DNA from: Blasia pusilla
Lineage: Eukaryota
Direction: 5' to 3'
DNA: 64,000 nucleotides
NCBI GenBank assembly: GCA_050084515.1
Contig: CM114271.1
Coordinates: 43,772,001-43,836,000, forward strand
Part shown: one piece after another, positions 51,251-64,000 of the stretch
Layout of the letters: every line of letters begins with the position of its first letter
Numbering within the stretch: position 1 is the first letter of the stretch
Notes under the pieces: generated by a model
Databases searched by the model: none
Told to the model about the DNA's origin: nothing
Seen by the model: only the letters and a program-made list of their open reading frames with translations
Made by a program: the position numbers and the translations under genes

Positions 51251-52479
51251 ACCATTTATTTATACATTCATATACTTTGATTCATTTCACTATATTCTAA
51301 TCAACTTTTCATATTTGTTTGAAATGGGGTTTTTTCTCTTCCCGTGGATGCTAGAATTATCAATGTTGCATTGCTGGAGGTTCATTATCATGTGCAAAGT
51401 CAAGGAAAATGTCCCACTATCTTACTATACAAAAATGCCCTAATCTATCTTCCAACAATAAATTTTTGATATTCACATCTCAAGGAAGAAGAGCTTCTAC
51501 GTACTTGCGAGGAGTTGCTAGAACAAGCTAGATATGAGGAGGCATCTTTCAATGACAAACATCATGCCATATCTGATGAATTTGAAAATATAATAAATAA
51601 GAATCCACCATGGATAAGATTTTGAATCTAAAAGTAGAGAATTATAATATATTCTGATTTATCATATTTTCTTCATTTATTTTTATCTTTAGGAAAAACT
51701 ATTTTTAACCAATGATCCTGATGGAAGGGATGAAGAAATGAGCCATATTTGTCCCATGGAATTTTTGAATGGATGTTTAACTTTAGGAATTTCTTCACAT
51801 CATTTGACTTTGTAGATTGGTCTATTCATCATGCTTTTGGTATGACTATTAATAAATTTCAAAATCAAATTTTACAAAAAGTTAGCATATGCACGTTGAC
51901 TATTCTACTTTCTTATGCGCAACTATTTGTAAGTCTATCAAGAAGAGGAATGAGAAATTCAATGCATATCATGGTTGGTATCGGAAAATTTATACCAAAA
52001 AATGAGATTTATGCGAAACATGCACATGAAAGTTCTTTAGTGAAAATTTCCCAAAATTTTTTACGATCCTATCTCCAAGACATAGAAAGACTGAAAATGT
52101 GCGTGACATACAAGAGAAATGTTTTGAGGCTACTATGCACAAGCAATCCAACTTGATGATGATTGATAAAAGGACTATTTTGATAGTCTCCAACAAGGGT
52201 CCTAATGACTACGTCTTCATCATCTATCTTCTCAGCACTCCTAAATTTCTCGAAGTTTGATTTTCAAATGTGCGAGTAAGACTCTTCACAAAGTCTTTTC
52301 CGAGCTTCTAGGCCATCATATTCTTGGCCATGTGCCCCCTTTCCATGGGATGAGGTCAAGGCAGCATTTGGTAGTCTTCATTCCAATACTAAAAATACTA
52401 CCTTCCAATGTGTGTTATGCACAATACCAATAATCATGCCGTCTTACTTCCATAAATCATAAGACAAGTGTTTGGAGAC

Positions 52480-53000
52480 GGACAACTTCTTGATTCAAAT
52501 CATTCTCCTTAGGGCTAGATACCATGCACCTCGAACTGGCAACCATAGAAGGAAGGCCAATTTTTTGTGCCCAAAAATTTTGAGCACAAACATGATCATG
52601 CGTCCTGACGACCTCGACCCGACTATAATCAGGAGTATGTTTTATCACTTTATCCAACGGAAAACTAGTTTGAACGCAGAAACAATGGCCCGTGCGCCTT
52701 TTGGGTGTGTCCGCAGATCAAGATCAAGATCAAAGATGATCGGCAATGACAATGCAGGGACATCCTAAATCTATGATGGGGTCCCACAAGAAGCTCCCAA
52801 ACGAATCCAAAATGTTGCAAGGAATTCCATATCGAAACCATATGGACCGGTCATAAAACCCTCATCCGTCCAGTGTATACATAACGCTCGGAGCTTACAA
52901 ACTTAGGCGAGGACGGTTTTAAACTGGAAGGGAATATTTAATTGGTGAAGATGCTGGAAGACAAGCCCATTGGAGCAAGGAGACCCTAAGTTCTCATAAT
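52480..53000 (-). mobile_element. Possible decayed LINE ORF1 (DUF4283/zinc-knuckle-like) remnant
   Basis: Weak fragments FWIRL, ARAIV and SFPLDKVIK lie in different frames. Confidence 0.25.
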
Positions 53001-55431
53001 CTCTTCAGAAGTCCCTGTGACCATTCAGGTGATGGCTCCGATCCGGTGTAGAGTGTCCAAAACAAATCCGCTCTCAAGGGGAATGTCTATCGAGAGTTCA
53101 GAAGACAAAACCAAAAGCCCCAGTTCGCATGGAAGTAAAGTTGGAATCTGGTATAGAATGTCCAAAGATATTTGCAGCCCCAAAAGAGACTGACTGACTA
53201 CTCATAACACTAACCTGCCACTGCCAATCTGTGAATCGCCAACACCGATTGGCTCCGAATAGAATATGGAGCACGTGAAACTAAATGAAGAGTAAATTGG
53301 ACAAATTTGCAAACTGGTGACCCCGTACGGTCTCCTTCATCCAAAGCGTGTTCTGATTAATCTGTAGTCCAACACATCGATCATGAAATGGAACCTTCCA
53401 AGAGTGAATTGGAAAATGACGTTGCTCCGTCCAAAACGAAATCGGTTTCTGGATCTGGTGTGAACCCTCCTTAGATTATGGTTAGAGGCGTCTGCACTGC
53501 CAGGGATGGTAGTGCAGACGCGAGGGAATTCCCACAGTGGGTGTAGAAGAGTAGGAGATGGAGCACAACTTGATTGTGGGACCTAGCTGGGCAGTCCGAG
53601 CCGCACCTCCTTCGAAGCGACTTTGATGGTGATCAGTCAATCTGGTTGCCATTGTGCGCAGTCGACACGCGCAGAACTAACTTCTCGACCCTCGGACTGG
53701 ATCCAGTTTGGTCGAGGGTGTTCAAGACTGCACAGGTGAAGTCTCTGCTATATTCACAAACGATCATACTTGGATCAGAGTGTGATTGAGTGGCATAGAC
53801 TTTGACAGAACTGTCTCCCTTCTATACGACCCAGGCTGGTACCTATCAGCTCCTAATTCCAGGGAAACTCCATGCCTTCCATCGTAACTATACCCAAAAA
53901 TACTCGTTTCCGCTTTCAGGTCGCAGATTTCGGTCGACCCGGCCATGGTAACCTCCATCTGGAACACAGAAACTCTCCACCTCCAGTCGAATTGACGATA
54001 TGGAACTGCGAATTGGAAGCTTAGATCCTCAAATGTCTGGATTGCAAGTTTCATTGACCACAGGAATTTACAAACTCTAGACGGAGTGTCTCTCAACACT
54101 GCTCTGAGAGCTCCATTACGGGAAGTCGTTACTCTTATAACTGGGTTCGCTCTCGCGACTGCTTGTTGTTAATATTCCTTGCAGACGATCCGGGTGAGGC
54201 AAAGACTAACTGCTTTGACAAGCACTCCTCATCGGTTAACCTTCTTCCCATACCATTCATACACACAAGGTCATCTTGATGCGCTACCAAGTCTCCTGTT
54301 CTTCACAACTACTTGAAACTAAACGCTTGTTTACGTCGTTCGTAGCAGCTCCCATAACATACGTGAAGTAGCAGAGTCATGGATTTCAACACTTGTTTGG
54401 GGACGAAAAGCAATTGTAATCATGGTTAACTTAGGTAGCCGACAATCGTTTCGTGACTCCGAAGGTACAGAGCGCATTTCGGATTTCCACAAAAATTCCA
54501 AACGATAAATCTTTTCGTTTCTCTGCAATCCCAAATTTTCTCTTGACCATCGTGTTCTAGACGCGTGTTTCGGGACGAAAACCAGATCGCCTGATTCCTC
54601 AGAACTCCACCTAAGTTCTGATGGTGAGGTCTGATGAACCTTAATCAGACCTTACCACAGAGATCGGGAGCACGAGAATGAACTGATGAATAGCAACTCT
54701 GAACCCGGAACACAGGCATAGAGACAAGCCCCCATGAATTGCTATGTTCAACAAAAGACTCGTTGGCGCAAAGACTTCGTCAGGCGGGAGAAGTTGAATA
54801 AACAATCGAGGACCGCACGAGCCGCTCACGTAACAAGCCAATTTTTCCAACGGCAGATGGAGCTTGAGAAGTCATTTGGACCGACAAATTTCTCTTCCGA
54901 CAGCGAATTGTTAGATGCCATGAAATTGTTAGATGCCATCATTCTTTGGAATCATGTCCGATGCAGATTTTTACCTGGATTAGAAGCTACCTACGGACCA
55001 TTTGCATACCGATGACCACAAGTATTTAGTCTTGCAGTTCCATTTCTCGAGCATGCTGCAAACAAATTCTAGAGACGCTTCTATTCCAATTATGGAACAT
55101 GAAAACGAGAGATAAACCCCCCAAGTCTTCTTTTTACATCTTTTAGTTTTAGTGGCTGCTTCAACCGCCCCATGCCACGGAAAACTGAAATAGAGGAGAC
55201 AAAGTTAGCAAAATAGGACTATACAATCTCCATTGTGATTATCCACATATTCAAGAATATACAACCCCAAAGTAAGGTAAGCAGATTATTACTGACCGCT
55301 TAGAAAGAGAAGTACCACGGCAAGAGCAGGATATCTCCATCGCCTCTCCACTTTGTACTTGACAATAATGGAAAATGGAGCCTTCACTAGCAGCGACTTA
55401 GAGAAATCCTCTTGACATCGGTATCTTCACG

Positions 55432-55981
55432 CTAACCTCGTCTCGGAATACTGGAAACTTTCTCGTTCGCGTCTTTAAAGATACGAACTCTCTGCGGATT
55501 GTAGTCCATGGTCATCATACCATCCTTGGGAACAACCACCACATGCAGGTGTGGATGATCTTCCTGGATCTTCTTCTTCGCCTCCTCAGCGCTCTTTCCC
55601 ACCAAATCTGCCCACCTGTTCGCTGCGAAACGCCAAACCTTTGTTCTCGTCAACACCAGTACGGATTTGTGAATCTTCCAGACACACAGTAGGAGGGCAG
55701 CAAAAGTAGTTAATCTTCCAGTATTCGCCTCAGAAAAACTCAAGCTCCGGACAGATGCATCAAAGATTGTCCGTCCTCATAGATATCGCGATACTACATC
55801 AAGCAGCAGTAGTTTACTTTCGCTGAATGTCGAAGTCGCAAGAAAACCTACACTATCAGCATACAAAAGTCCAGCCTATCCAATTCCGTGGTATCTAGTA
55901 TGCAATAACTCCTAAAGCCAATTGTAGACACACCAACCTCAAAGATCCAGCGTTACCTGGCTGGTCGTTTGCTGCAGCCAT
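55432..55981 (-). CDS. Potato inhibitor I family (I13) serine protease inhibitor, 71 aa; exons 55981-55957 and 55622-55432
   Basis: MAAANDQP + ANRWADLVGKSAEEAKKKI...MTMDYNPQRVRIF...PRRG shows the W..LVG, T.DY...RVRI and P..G signatures. The phase-1 GT-AG intron is consistent. Confidence 0.9.
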
Positions 55982-58900
55982 ACTGTTAGTCTGCTCCTGT
56001 CCTAACCCTCCTCTGAATACGACACTGACCGCGTGGAGTATTCCAATCCCTGCCCTCGTAGTTGCGCTCTTCACCACGGATTCCGAAGTTCCCCAAGCTT
56101 TACTATGAACCGCGAAGGGCCCCGTGAACGCCCTCTTTCTTCACCTGACCCCTGCACTGAGGAAGAATGTGTCGATACCTTCTCGCTACTGGGTGACTCG
56201 GTGAGTTATGCAAGAAGGTCTGGATTGCAACTACAGATGCCCACGAATGTGTGAAACTGTCATGAGCGTTTGGAAGGCTTTTGTTACCTTTCATTGGAAT
56301 TTTCACCTCTTGATCGGTGTCACATTTATTATGGCCTCGTATTAATGAGTTCTCTCTTGTGCTGCCACGTATTGTCACTTGTCGCAAGTGATTACATCCC
56401 CTACTTATAGGCTCTAATAATTTCTCAGTTTCTCCTTAGTCAGGTATATTTTGGTGTAGGTTTGGGGAGTGGATTTGGAGTGCACGTTGGAGAATGAAAG
56501 TTCTTATTTAATGGATGTGTTCTCCTTTAATAAACGATTAAAAATCTAATAAAAATATACTCACTCCTCCGTGTTACTCTCGTGGTTATGTGTTACTCCC
56601 TTTGTGAATGTCGTGACCCCTCTTGTGTTACACTTGTGCTTCTCCTTACTCCTTATTCTCTTTACTCCTCATATTTCCAAACCCTAAATTTGAAACCGGG
56701 CCGCATATTGGTTTCTCAACCTATGTGAGCCAAATTAGTATGCGGCCGCTATTGAATCATGAAGGTAGGGTAGGTTTTCTGAAAAGCTTTAAAAGGTGGG
56801 AATGTATGAAATACATGGTGCAAGTTAGCGGGAAGGTTCACGAATCATTGAAAATATGAATGTCATGTTCAAATTGGTGGATGAAGTAATCTATTGAAGT
56901 GCGACTAAATATGTAAAGGTAGATGCTAGGGTAGATGTGATGTATGTAATTAGATTTGGCTTTATGGGTATTGAAGACATAGGAATGTAAATCCGATAGC
57001 AATATAGTTTAGTAGTAAGATATCATTGGCAATGAAAAGTGCTACATTGTAGCAGTTGATCACATGTAAATTGAGAATGGCAGAATAATGGACATCGGTG
57101 CAGGGTGCTAAGAGAACAGAATAGCAATCCATAAATGAGTGATTGGCAAGCACGATAATGGAGAAAGAAGAAAAAACAAATAGAATAGTTGTATAGAAAT
57201 ATGACGATTGTAGAGCATACATGGGACAAAACTTATTGAGCAATGATAAAGAAACTACAAATTGAGTAAATGAGAGTGAAATTATGATAAATACTGAAAA
57301 TACTTGTTGCTACAAAGTAGTAAATAACTACTTGCCGAGCATAGACAAAATAACCTCAACTTGGAGTTGGAGCTGTGGGTTGTTGTGTATCATTAGCTCA
57401 ATGGCGTTCATGAGGATTTTGTATTCTGATTTTACTTTAGCCAACTTAGTTTTGAAATTGGAGACAAGGCCCATATGGATATTCTTTTCTTCATAAATAG
57501 CAAATAGCTCATCATTAATGTTATTAATGAGTCTCTCCAACCTATTAATCTCTTCATGAGTAGTATCTAACTCAATAATAACTTCCTCGTGAACATGGAG
57601 AGGTATTGTTTGACGTCGAGCAGATTGATGAGTGCTTGACTTATCTTGTAGATTTTCCTAAGTAGTTGAGAATGTATTTTGATCACCAGCAATGGAATAG
57701 TGACATTGGGAATCCGAACTTCAATCAATCTGATCAAACATAGCAATATCATAGTGTTAAAAAGAAGAGTATGTAGTGTAAAATATAATACATTGTATGA
57801 TCCTTGTTAAAATATAGCATGCAGATAGAAAGAAGGATATGTGATGTGAAGTAGAAAAGAATGAAATTGTAGTAGAAATCAGCATTTGAAGTAAATAGAT
57901 GAGTGAGTACCAAACATGACATAAAAACAATGGGAGTTATAAATTCATAATTGAAGCTAGAGCATGTAGAGCCCTTGAAGTGAGAATCATTGAAAGGATG
58001 TTATTAATATATGGTAAAAAATATGTTTCAAACGTCTTAAAGCATATTTGTTTGTGTGATGTAAAAAGAGAACTTGAGGAATACACTAAGGAAGACATAA
58101 TTGCAAGAGTACAAGCATGTAGTATGGTAGAGGTTATTGTGTATAGATATATGAATAATGTATCATAAGAGCAATTGGGTTTCAAGAGAAATATGATGAT
58201 CAAGTAGAAAAAGTAGAAGAGGAATATCGCAACTATATATGGTAGCTCATATTATCATGGATTGCAGCATGTATGAGAATAAGTAACAAGAGATGATGAC
58301 ATAAAGTATAAAATTTTTTCCATTAAGATACATATGCATTGCATGTGGGTTGGTAAAATTTGTACAAAAGATCCAATGGAATCATGGTATAAAAAGTTGA
58401 ATCATGCAGAGAATTGTTGGTAAGCTCTAGTGAGGATAGGCAACCAGTAACAAAGAAAAATACTTGTGAAGTGTACCTAATGAAAAGCAAAATTCAAAAG
58501 AAATTTAGTGTTGAGCATGATGAAGTATTTTATGAAAATAGAAATACTTAAAGAAGCCAGAATTCTGAGAGTAGAATGATATATTTACCTCTGGATTATG
58601 CACATTTTCGTTTTCCAGGGGATGTAACAAGAGTGGCGGGATTGAATGGAGGGCGATCTGAAAACTGATCACTTGCAGTAGTTGCAATATGAATATTTTC
58701 AAAATAAAAAACAATGGGGATAATGTGAAGGTTGTTGTCCCGTATTGGAGATGGAGTGAACTCAATAAGCTCACCATTTGAATGGGCCAACTTCATTCTA
58801 GTAAGCAATTGTGAAGCCTTTGGAGTTGTTCAAATCAATAACCATATGGAGAGCTAGGTGGAATTCATGGAAAGGGCTCTAAGCTGATCAAGGCGAATGC

Positions 58901-60249
58901 CACCATAGGCCATTGCAAATAGCCTATTGCCTTGAGACCTTGCTAGTCATGTCTCTTTGAAATCAATTTTCTTGTAGGTCAAAGCCTCCTTCTGGATTCC
59001 TGTAAGGACATCAAAATAGAAAATATTAAATATTGAGGAAATTTTAGAACAATTTCTAAGTTGCACTAGAATGAATTTTTTAAAGGACATAGTTGAGTAT
59101 ATTGACATGTGGCAGAAGCCTCTTTGTTGATGCTTTTGAATTTCTCATCCTAAGCTTTTCCTTGGATTATGATTGCATGAATTTGTTGTTTGGTAATACC
59201 ATTCTCGTAGAAGGCAGGAACAAGGCCAAGGTTTTCATAGAATGTCATGTGATTCTCAGTTGGTTGAAGAGAGCGTGGAGTAAATGGCTCACGAATGCTC
59301 TGAATATCATTTAGTATCATATTGGCAAAGTCCATGTAACCTACAGTAACCTGTCCAATATTTAGATAGAGAACAAGGGATGATACATAGAAAAATTTCA
59401 TATTATTGTAAGAAAATTACCTGAGGCCGAGAGGATGGTATTGCAGGGTGTTGTTGTTGGTGAGAATCTGGTTGGTGATCAAAGATTGCATGTGGTGTAG
59501 ATGATGATTGCTAGAGCTAGTGTGTATTCCACATTGGTTTCTTACTTCTAGTACGTGAAATATTTTCACAAGTAGACATCTACACAATGTAGAAGCAGTA
59601 GAAAAGTTGCAAGAGGACTAGTTTTTCTAGCCAATTATCACAAAATTGTTTGGAGATAGATAAAAATTATTTCCAAGAAAATAAATTCCTACAAGCGCGG
59701 TGATTTTTTTCTTAGAAGTTCATATATAGAATTTTGGAAATAATTTTTATTCCACATCCATAATCATCATGTTCACAAAGTTCAACCCCTTACATTAGTG
59801 GAATGAGTTCTTCTATAGCTTGCTTTTAAGCACATTCCATTTAGATCTGAGCAATCTCTTCTTTCTTCCACTTTCCCTAAGTGGAAATTTCTTCATGAAT
59901 GTTTACATTGAGGCATAGTGAAGGATATGGATTCTATTACAACATTGATACACAATCATGTTGTTTAGAACTTGTGGAGTACAGTCCATACTGCTTGAAA
60001 GATCATTTTATCAATGAATCACAAGCTATAGACTTTATTACATATTATTCAATGGTAGTTTGTTCACATCGCAGCAATGTCCAAGTATTTAACACAATAT
60101 GTCTCAAGAGGTTCTTTGGTGCAACATCAACTATTCCTATTGGAATAGCTATTGATGCACCTTAATTCTATATTTAGCATCTTGGTTACTAGATGACGAT
60201 TTTCATCAATTACCATGTATTGTCATTGGATGTACTCTAATGCTAACTT

Positions 60250-62700
60250 CTAACATCAATCTGGAAATCCAACCTACAAGTAGCTCTCATGCCACTTTCT
60301 CAAAAGTGTAGAGTAATGATCACGATGTACAATCCAAAATAGTTAGAATTACATATATATAAAACTCATAACTTGTTCAATACTGCGTGAAAGTCAAGTC
60401 CTCCAAAGACGATGGTCTGTTAGAGTAGAGTTCAACCTGGTGGATGCAAGGTATTGAAGCATTCTTGCATAACAAAGTTTAGCGTTAGGGAGGATTTGAG
60501 TCAATATATTTGACAAACTGCGCTCTGAATATTATAGGTATATGCATGGATGTCAAAGTTTCTTCTGTTGCGGAAACTGAACGATTGAGGACAACTCTTG
60601 ATATAAGCTTCAGTCTGACTTTGTCTAAGCCATCTAGTCCAAGGCACCTAGCAATTTCTGTATCAATATTGAGAGAACATGTGGGTTTTGACTTTAATGC
60701 ATATTTGATAAGATAAAAGGACTAATTTATGTTTGTTACACTTTGAATGTTCATGGGTGCTCCCCAAAGTAGCAGAACTAAAGGATGGTATGGTATAACA
60801 TTGCGATGAATGTGCGATGGTCTATAGTATATCCAACGCTTAATTAGTTTGTGGGTGGATGAATGGAACTGTAACTAGATTTGTGTCAAAAGGGAAACCT
60901 AGCCTACATTAAGGTTTATGATGTTTTTTCCTTACTATGCATGCATCTTCTTTACAATGGTGCACTTTTTTAGAGGTCACATAATCAAGAAGGACTGAAT
61001 TTGCATCGCTGGAACTATTATTTGAGTAAATGCTAGGAGGAGCAGAAGATGTAGAGCTAGGAATATAAGCACAAATTTCAGAGGTGACTATCAATATCGC
61101 TTGAACAAATCCATAAAATTATGTAACAATCTAGGCTACCTTTGGCTTGTAATTCATATCTGAGAACATAATCTACAATATGACCATGGATCTGTGGACC
61201 CGAGAGTATGCATTAGGAGAGAGATGTGTGCAATCTGGTGTGGAAAAGTTGTGCACACTCTACGGATGCATCTCTCCATATAAATGAATTATTGAACTTT
61301 TGTACTATGTTCTCTATGTGTCCTATCTCTATCCATCTTGTAGGTGAGACTTCATCATATCTAAGGGTGAGGAAGAAGTGGGGCATTCCCCATCTACCCA
61401 CCATTGCTTTGAGATCTTCCAAGTGTCTACGATGCCAAGTTGGAGTTCCAGGAAATTGAGGGCTTAATGAATGTTTGGATAAATTGTAGTATAAGTTTTC
61501 CTATGGAAGGTGCAATTTATATGTGCTTAATTTGTCTAGATCTCTATTAAGAATGAAAGAACGAGATGCAAAACAGAGAGCTATGGATTGTCTCAGTTGG
61601 TGCACAACCAGTGGATATGGTTTGTAAAATGAAAAAGGGCTAAATAGCTACTTTGACCTTAACTTCATGTAATCATAGAAAGAACCAATACTTGGAAAGA
61701 ATCCCCAAAGATACCAAAATAGAAAGGGAAATATTCATGTTTCTATGGTTAGCCTCTTAACATTGGAAGAACCTAATGAGTCTATTAGGAAAGGTTGTCT
61801 ATAATTGGCCTCATTTCTGAAAAATAGGCAACCATTATCAAATACATCATAAGCATTGCTCCTGCAAAGAGGCAAGAAATAAGTCACATCTTATAACACA
61901 TTAAGTTTTGGTTTGTAGGGATCATAGGACATGCTATGTGTTACTTGAGTCTTGACCTTAATTTTGTGATGATTTAAGAAAATTATTGACTGTAGTAGAA
62001 GGTAGAACAACAAGGCCATCACATGGATTTGGGAGCTCAAGTAAGCATTTATAATCCATGTAAAGGTCATTTATCTCCAAATTTATTGCCATGATCTGTG
62101 TCAAACCTGTGATGGTGGTTTTTAGATTACTCATACTAGCAGAGTCCAAGTTCCATACTATTAGAGAGGAGTCTATAAGTGATGTTGCATCAAAAAATCC
62201 CTTGTGGAAGTTGTTCTACTTTTGAATAATGCTAATACGGGAGTCAACTATCGACAGTAGTTGAAGATGAAGGGGATTAATGACTAGAATTTGCCTAATA
62301 TAAGAGGGTGTCATGTAGACATTATGTGATGTTCTCGGTTCTATAGTGGTACAAAGATCATAGGCATAAAACTCACTAGCTCTAGGTATAATATACTTAG
62401 TGAGAAAATCGTACATAAGGCATATTATGGCTACTAAGATGCAGAGATTGTGGACATCTGGGCTTTGAGAGTGGAGTACTTTATAGTTCCACAATAACCA
62501 CAACACTGCATCTGTGAAACGATGGATGAACATGTCAATTTCCACTTGGAGAGTAATTGGCCAGCAAATGGCCAATGATAGGCAATAGGTTTGCAGGCTA
62601 ACCGACCTATTAGTCAAGGTGGGCCTATTTCAAGCTCTTTGCCTACAAATATGCAGGCAAGATTTTCTAAGGGTCAAGAAAGTTATGCTTCTCTTTGCAA
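60250..62700 (-). mobile_element. Decayed Helitron-like Rep of a second, divergent type
   Basis: FPGTPTWHRRHLEDLKAMVGRWGMPHFFLTLRYDEVSPTRW (61460-61330) is a Rep motif. NVIPYHPLVLLLWGAPMNIQ lies at about 60805-60745. A YFPFLFWYLWG-like segment lies at about 61735. Boundaries are unknown. Confidence 0.75.
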
Positions 62701-64000
62701 TTGTGCGAGTAGAAGAAAAAGTATTGCGTGCATGCAAAAATAGTTAAACTCTCATGTGTGCATGCATGGAACGAGCATGTTGGTCATCCATTGAATGGCT
62801 CTCACTAAGGTGTTGATAAGATACAGTGTCAAATTTACCGGCTTGGAGACAAGTTGAATAAGAAATGAGATTTACATTGTATAACGTGAATGTGCATATG
62901 TGTATAGCAAGCATGAAGAGTACAATATGTAGATATAAAAAGAGCAATAGTAAACAGTGAAAAGTGCAAACATCAATCAGATATGTATGGAAAGTACTTG
63001 CCTTAGTTGTGGGTGTGATTAGTGATCAAGAGATGCTTGGACACCTAAAGGGAAGACAACACATAAATTAATGTGTAGCATGCACGCACTGACCTATTGC
63101 TCTAGCAAGGAGTAGCAGTGAACATTCACAGCCTGAAAATAATAACAAGTGAAAAGTAAATTCTCGTGCTTGATGTGTGGCCGACAATAAGATAACAAGA
63201 AGACAATTGCAGGGAGAGGATACTGTACATCAAAAGCACTCAATGATTGAAAAGTGTTGGAATAAATGGTAAATCCGAAGGTAACCCTCTAATAATTTTG
63301 TCTTCATGATTAAAAAGAAGTGATAGTTAATGCACGTGAATAGTGGCGAATGTCCTCCAAAGAGTACCAAAGGGTGATTACTTTCAGGTGGATTGAATTG
63401 ACGTGAAAGTTATTACCTTTGGTCAAACTTTGGAAGAACAAATCAACTGTATCTGTTGGATTCTAGAAACTAAATAGCTAAAACAAAGAGAAGATTGGAG
63501 CCTATAATTTTTAGATATAGAATTATGTGTCTCTATCTCCTAGCATATGTATCTTGGATAGGCTGATTTCACTCCAGCTTGTTTTATCAATCCATGGGAC
63601 TAGTATCTACTTGTTGCAGTATTGGGATTCTTGAAACGTTGAGTTTCATGCATTCCATTCCATTTATTCTATACGAACTCTCGTTTAGATTTCTCTATCA
63701 CACAATTAGCAAACGTGAAGCCTTCATAAGAAGACGGTCTAATACACTCTTGCAAAAGTGCGGACTCCCTATGTCTCTCATTACTACCGATCTAAAATTG
63801 TCTCATGGGCAACGCAATTTGGAATATATGAGAACTGATGGTGGCTAGATTGAACTTTCTTATCATGCACGCTTTAAACATAATCAACAATCAAATGTGC
63901 CAGATGGCAAAAATTTTAGGCAAGACAGAATTCCAGGAAATCCCAAATGGAGCGTTTTACTACTCATTAGCGTCCACATGGCAAAAAAAAGGCCAAGGTG

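Overview
Eukaryotic plant genomic DNA with spliceosomal introns. It looks like a non-flowering land plant (bryophyte-like), which is an inference. Host genes: a CLSY/DRD1-type SNF2 chromatin remodeller (2.6-6.9 kb, +), two tail-to-tail paralogous glutamyl-tRNA reductase (HEMA) genes (32.3-34.8 kb + and 43.5-46.0 kb -), a potato-inhibitor-I protease inhibitor (55.4-56.0 kb, -), an unknown gene between the HEMA copies, and a probable F-box pseudogene. The intergenic space is mostly decayed transposons. The standout is a Ty3/Gypsy LTR-retrotransposon family whose single Gag-Pol frame carries a complete C5-cytosine DNA methyltransferase domain between the protease and RT (22.2-27.7 kb). A second, diverged copy at 12.2-16.8 kb (-) keeps MTase motifs I-II. 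A third fragment at 8.0-9.2 kb supplies integrase plus a PHD finger and shares 3' sequence with copy 2. The reconstructed architecture is Gag-ZnK-PR-DNMT-RT-RH-INT-PHD. Also present: two different Helitron Rep remnants, a solo LTR with a TSD, a fold-back element, and several near-perfect hairpins. All calls are by eye, without database searches.
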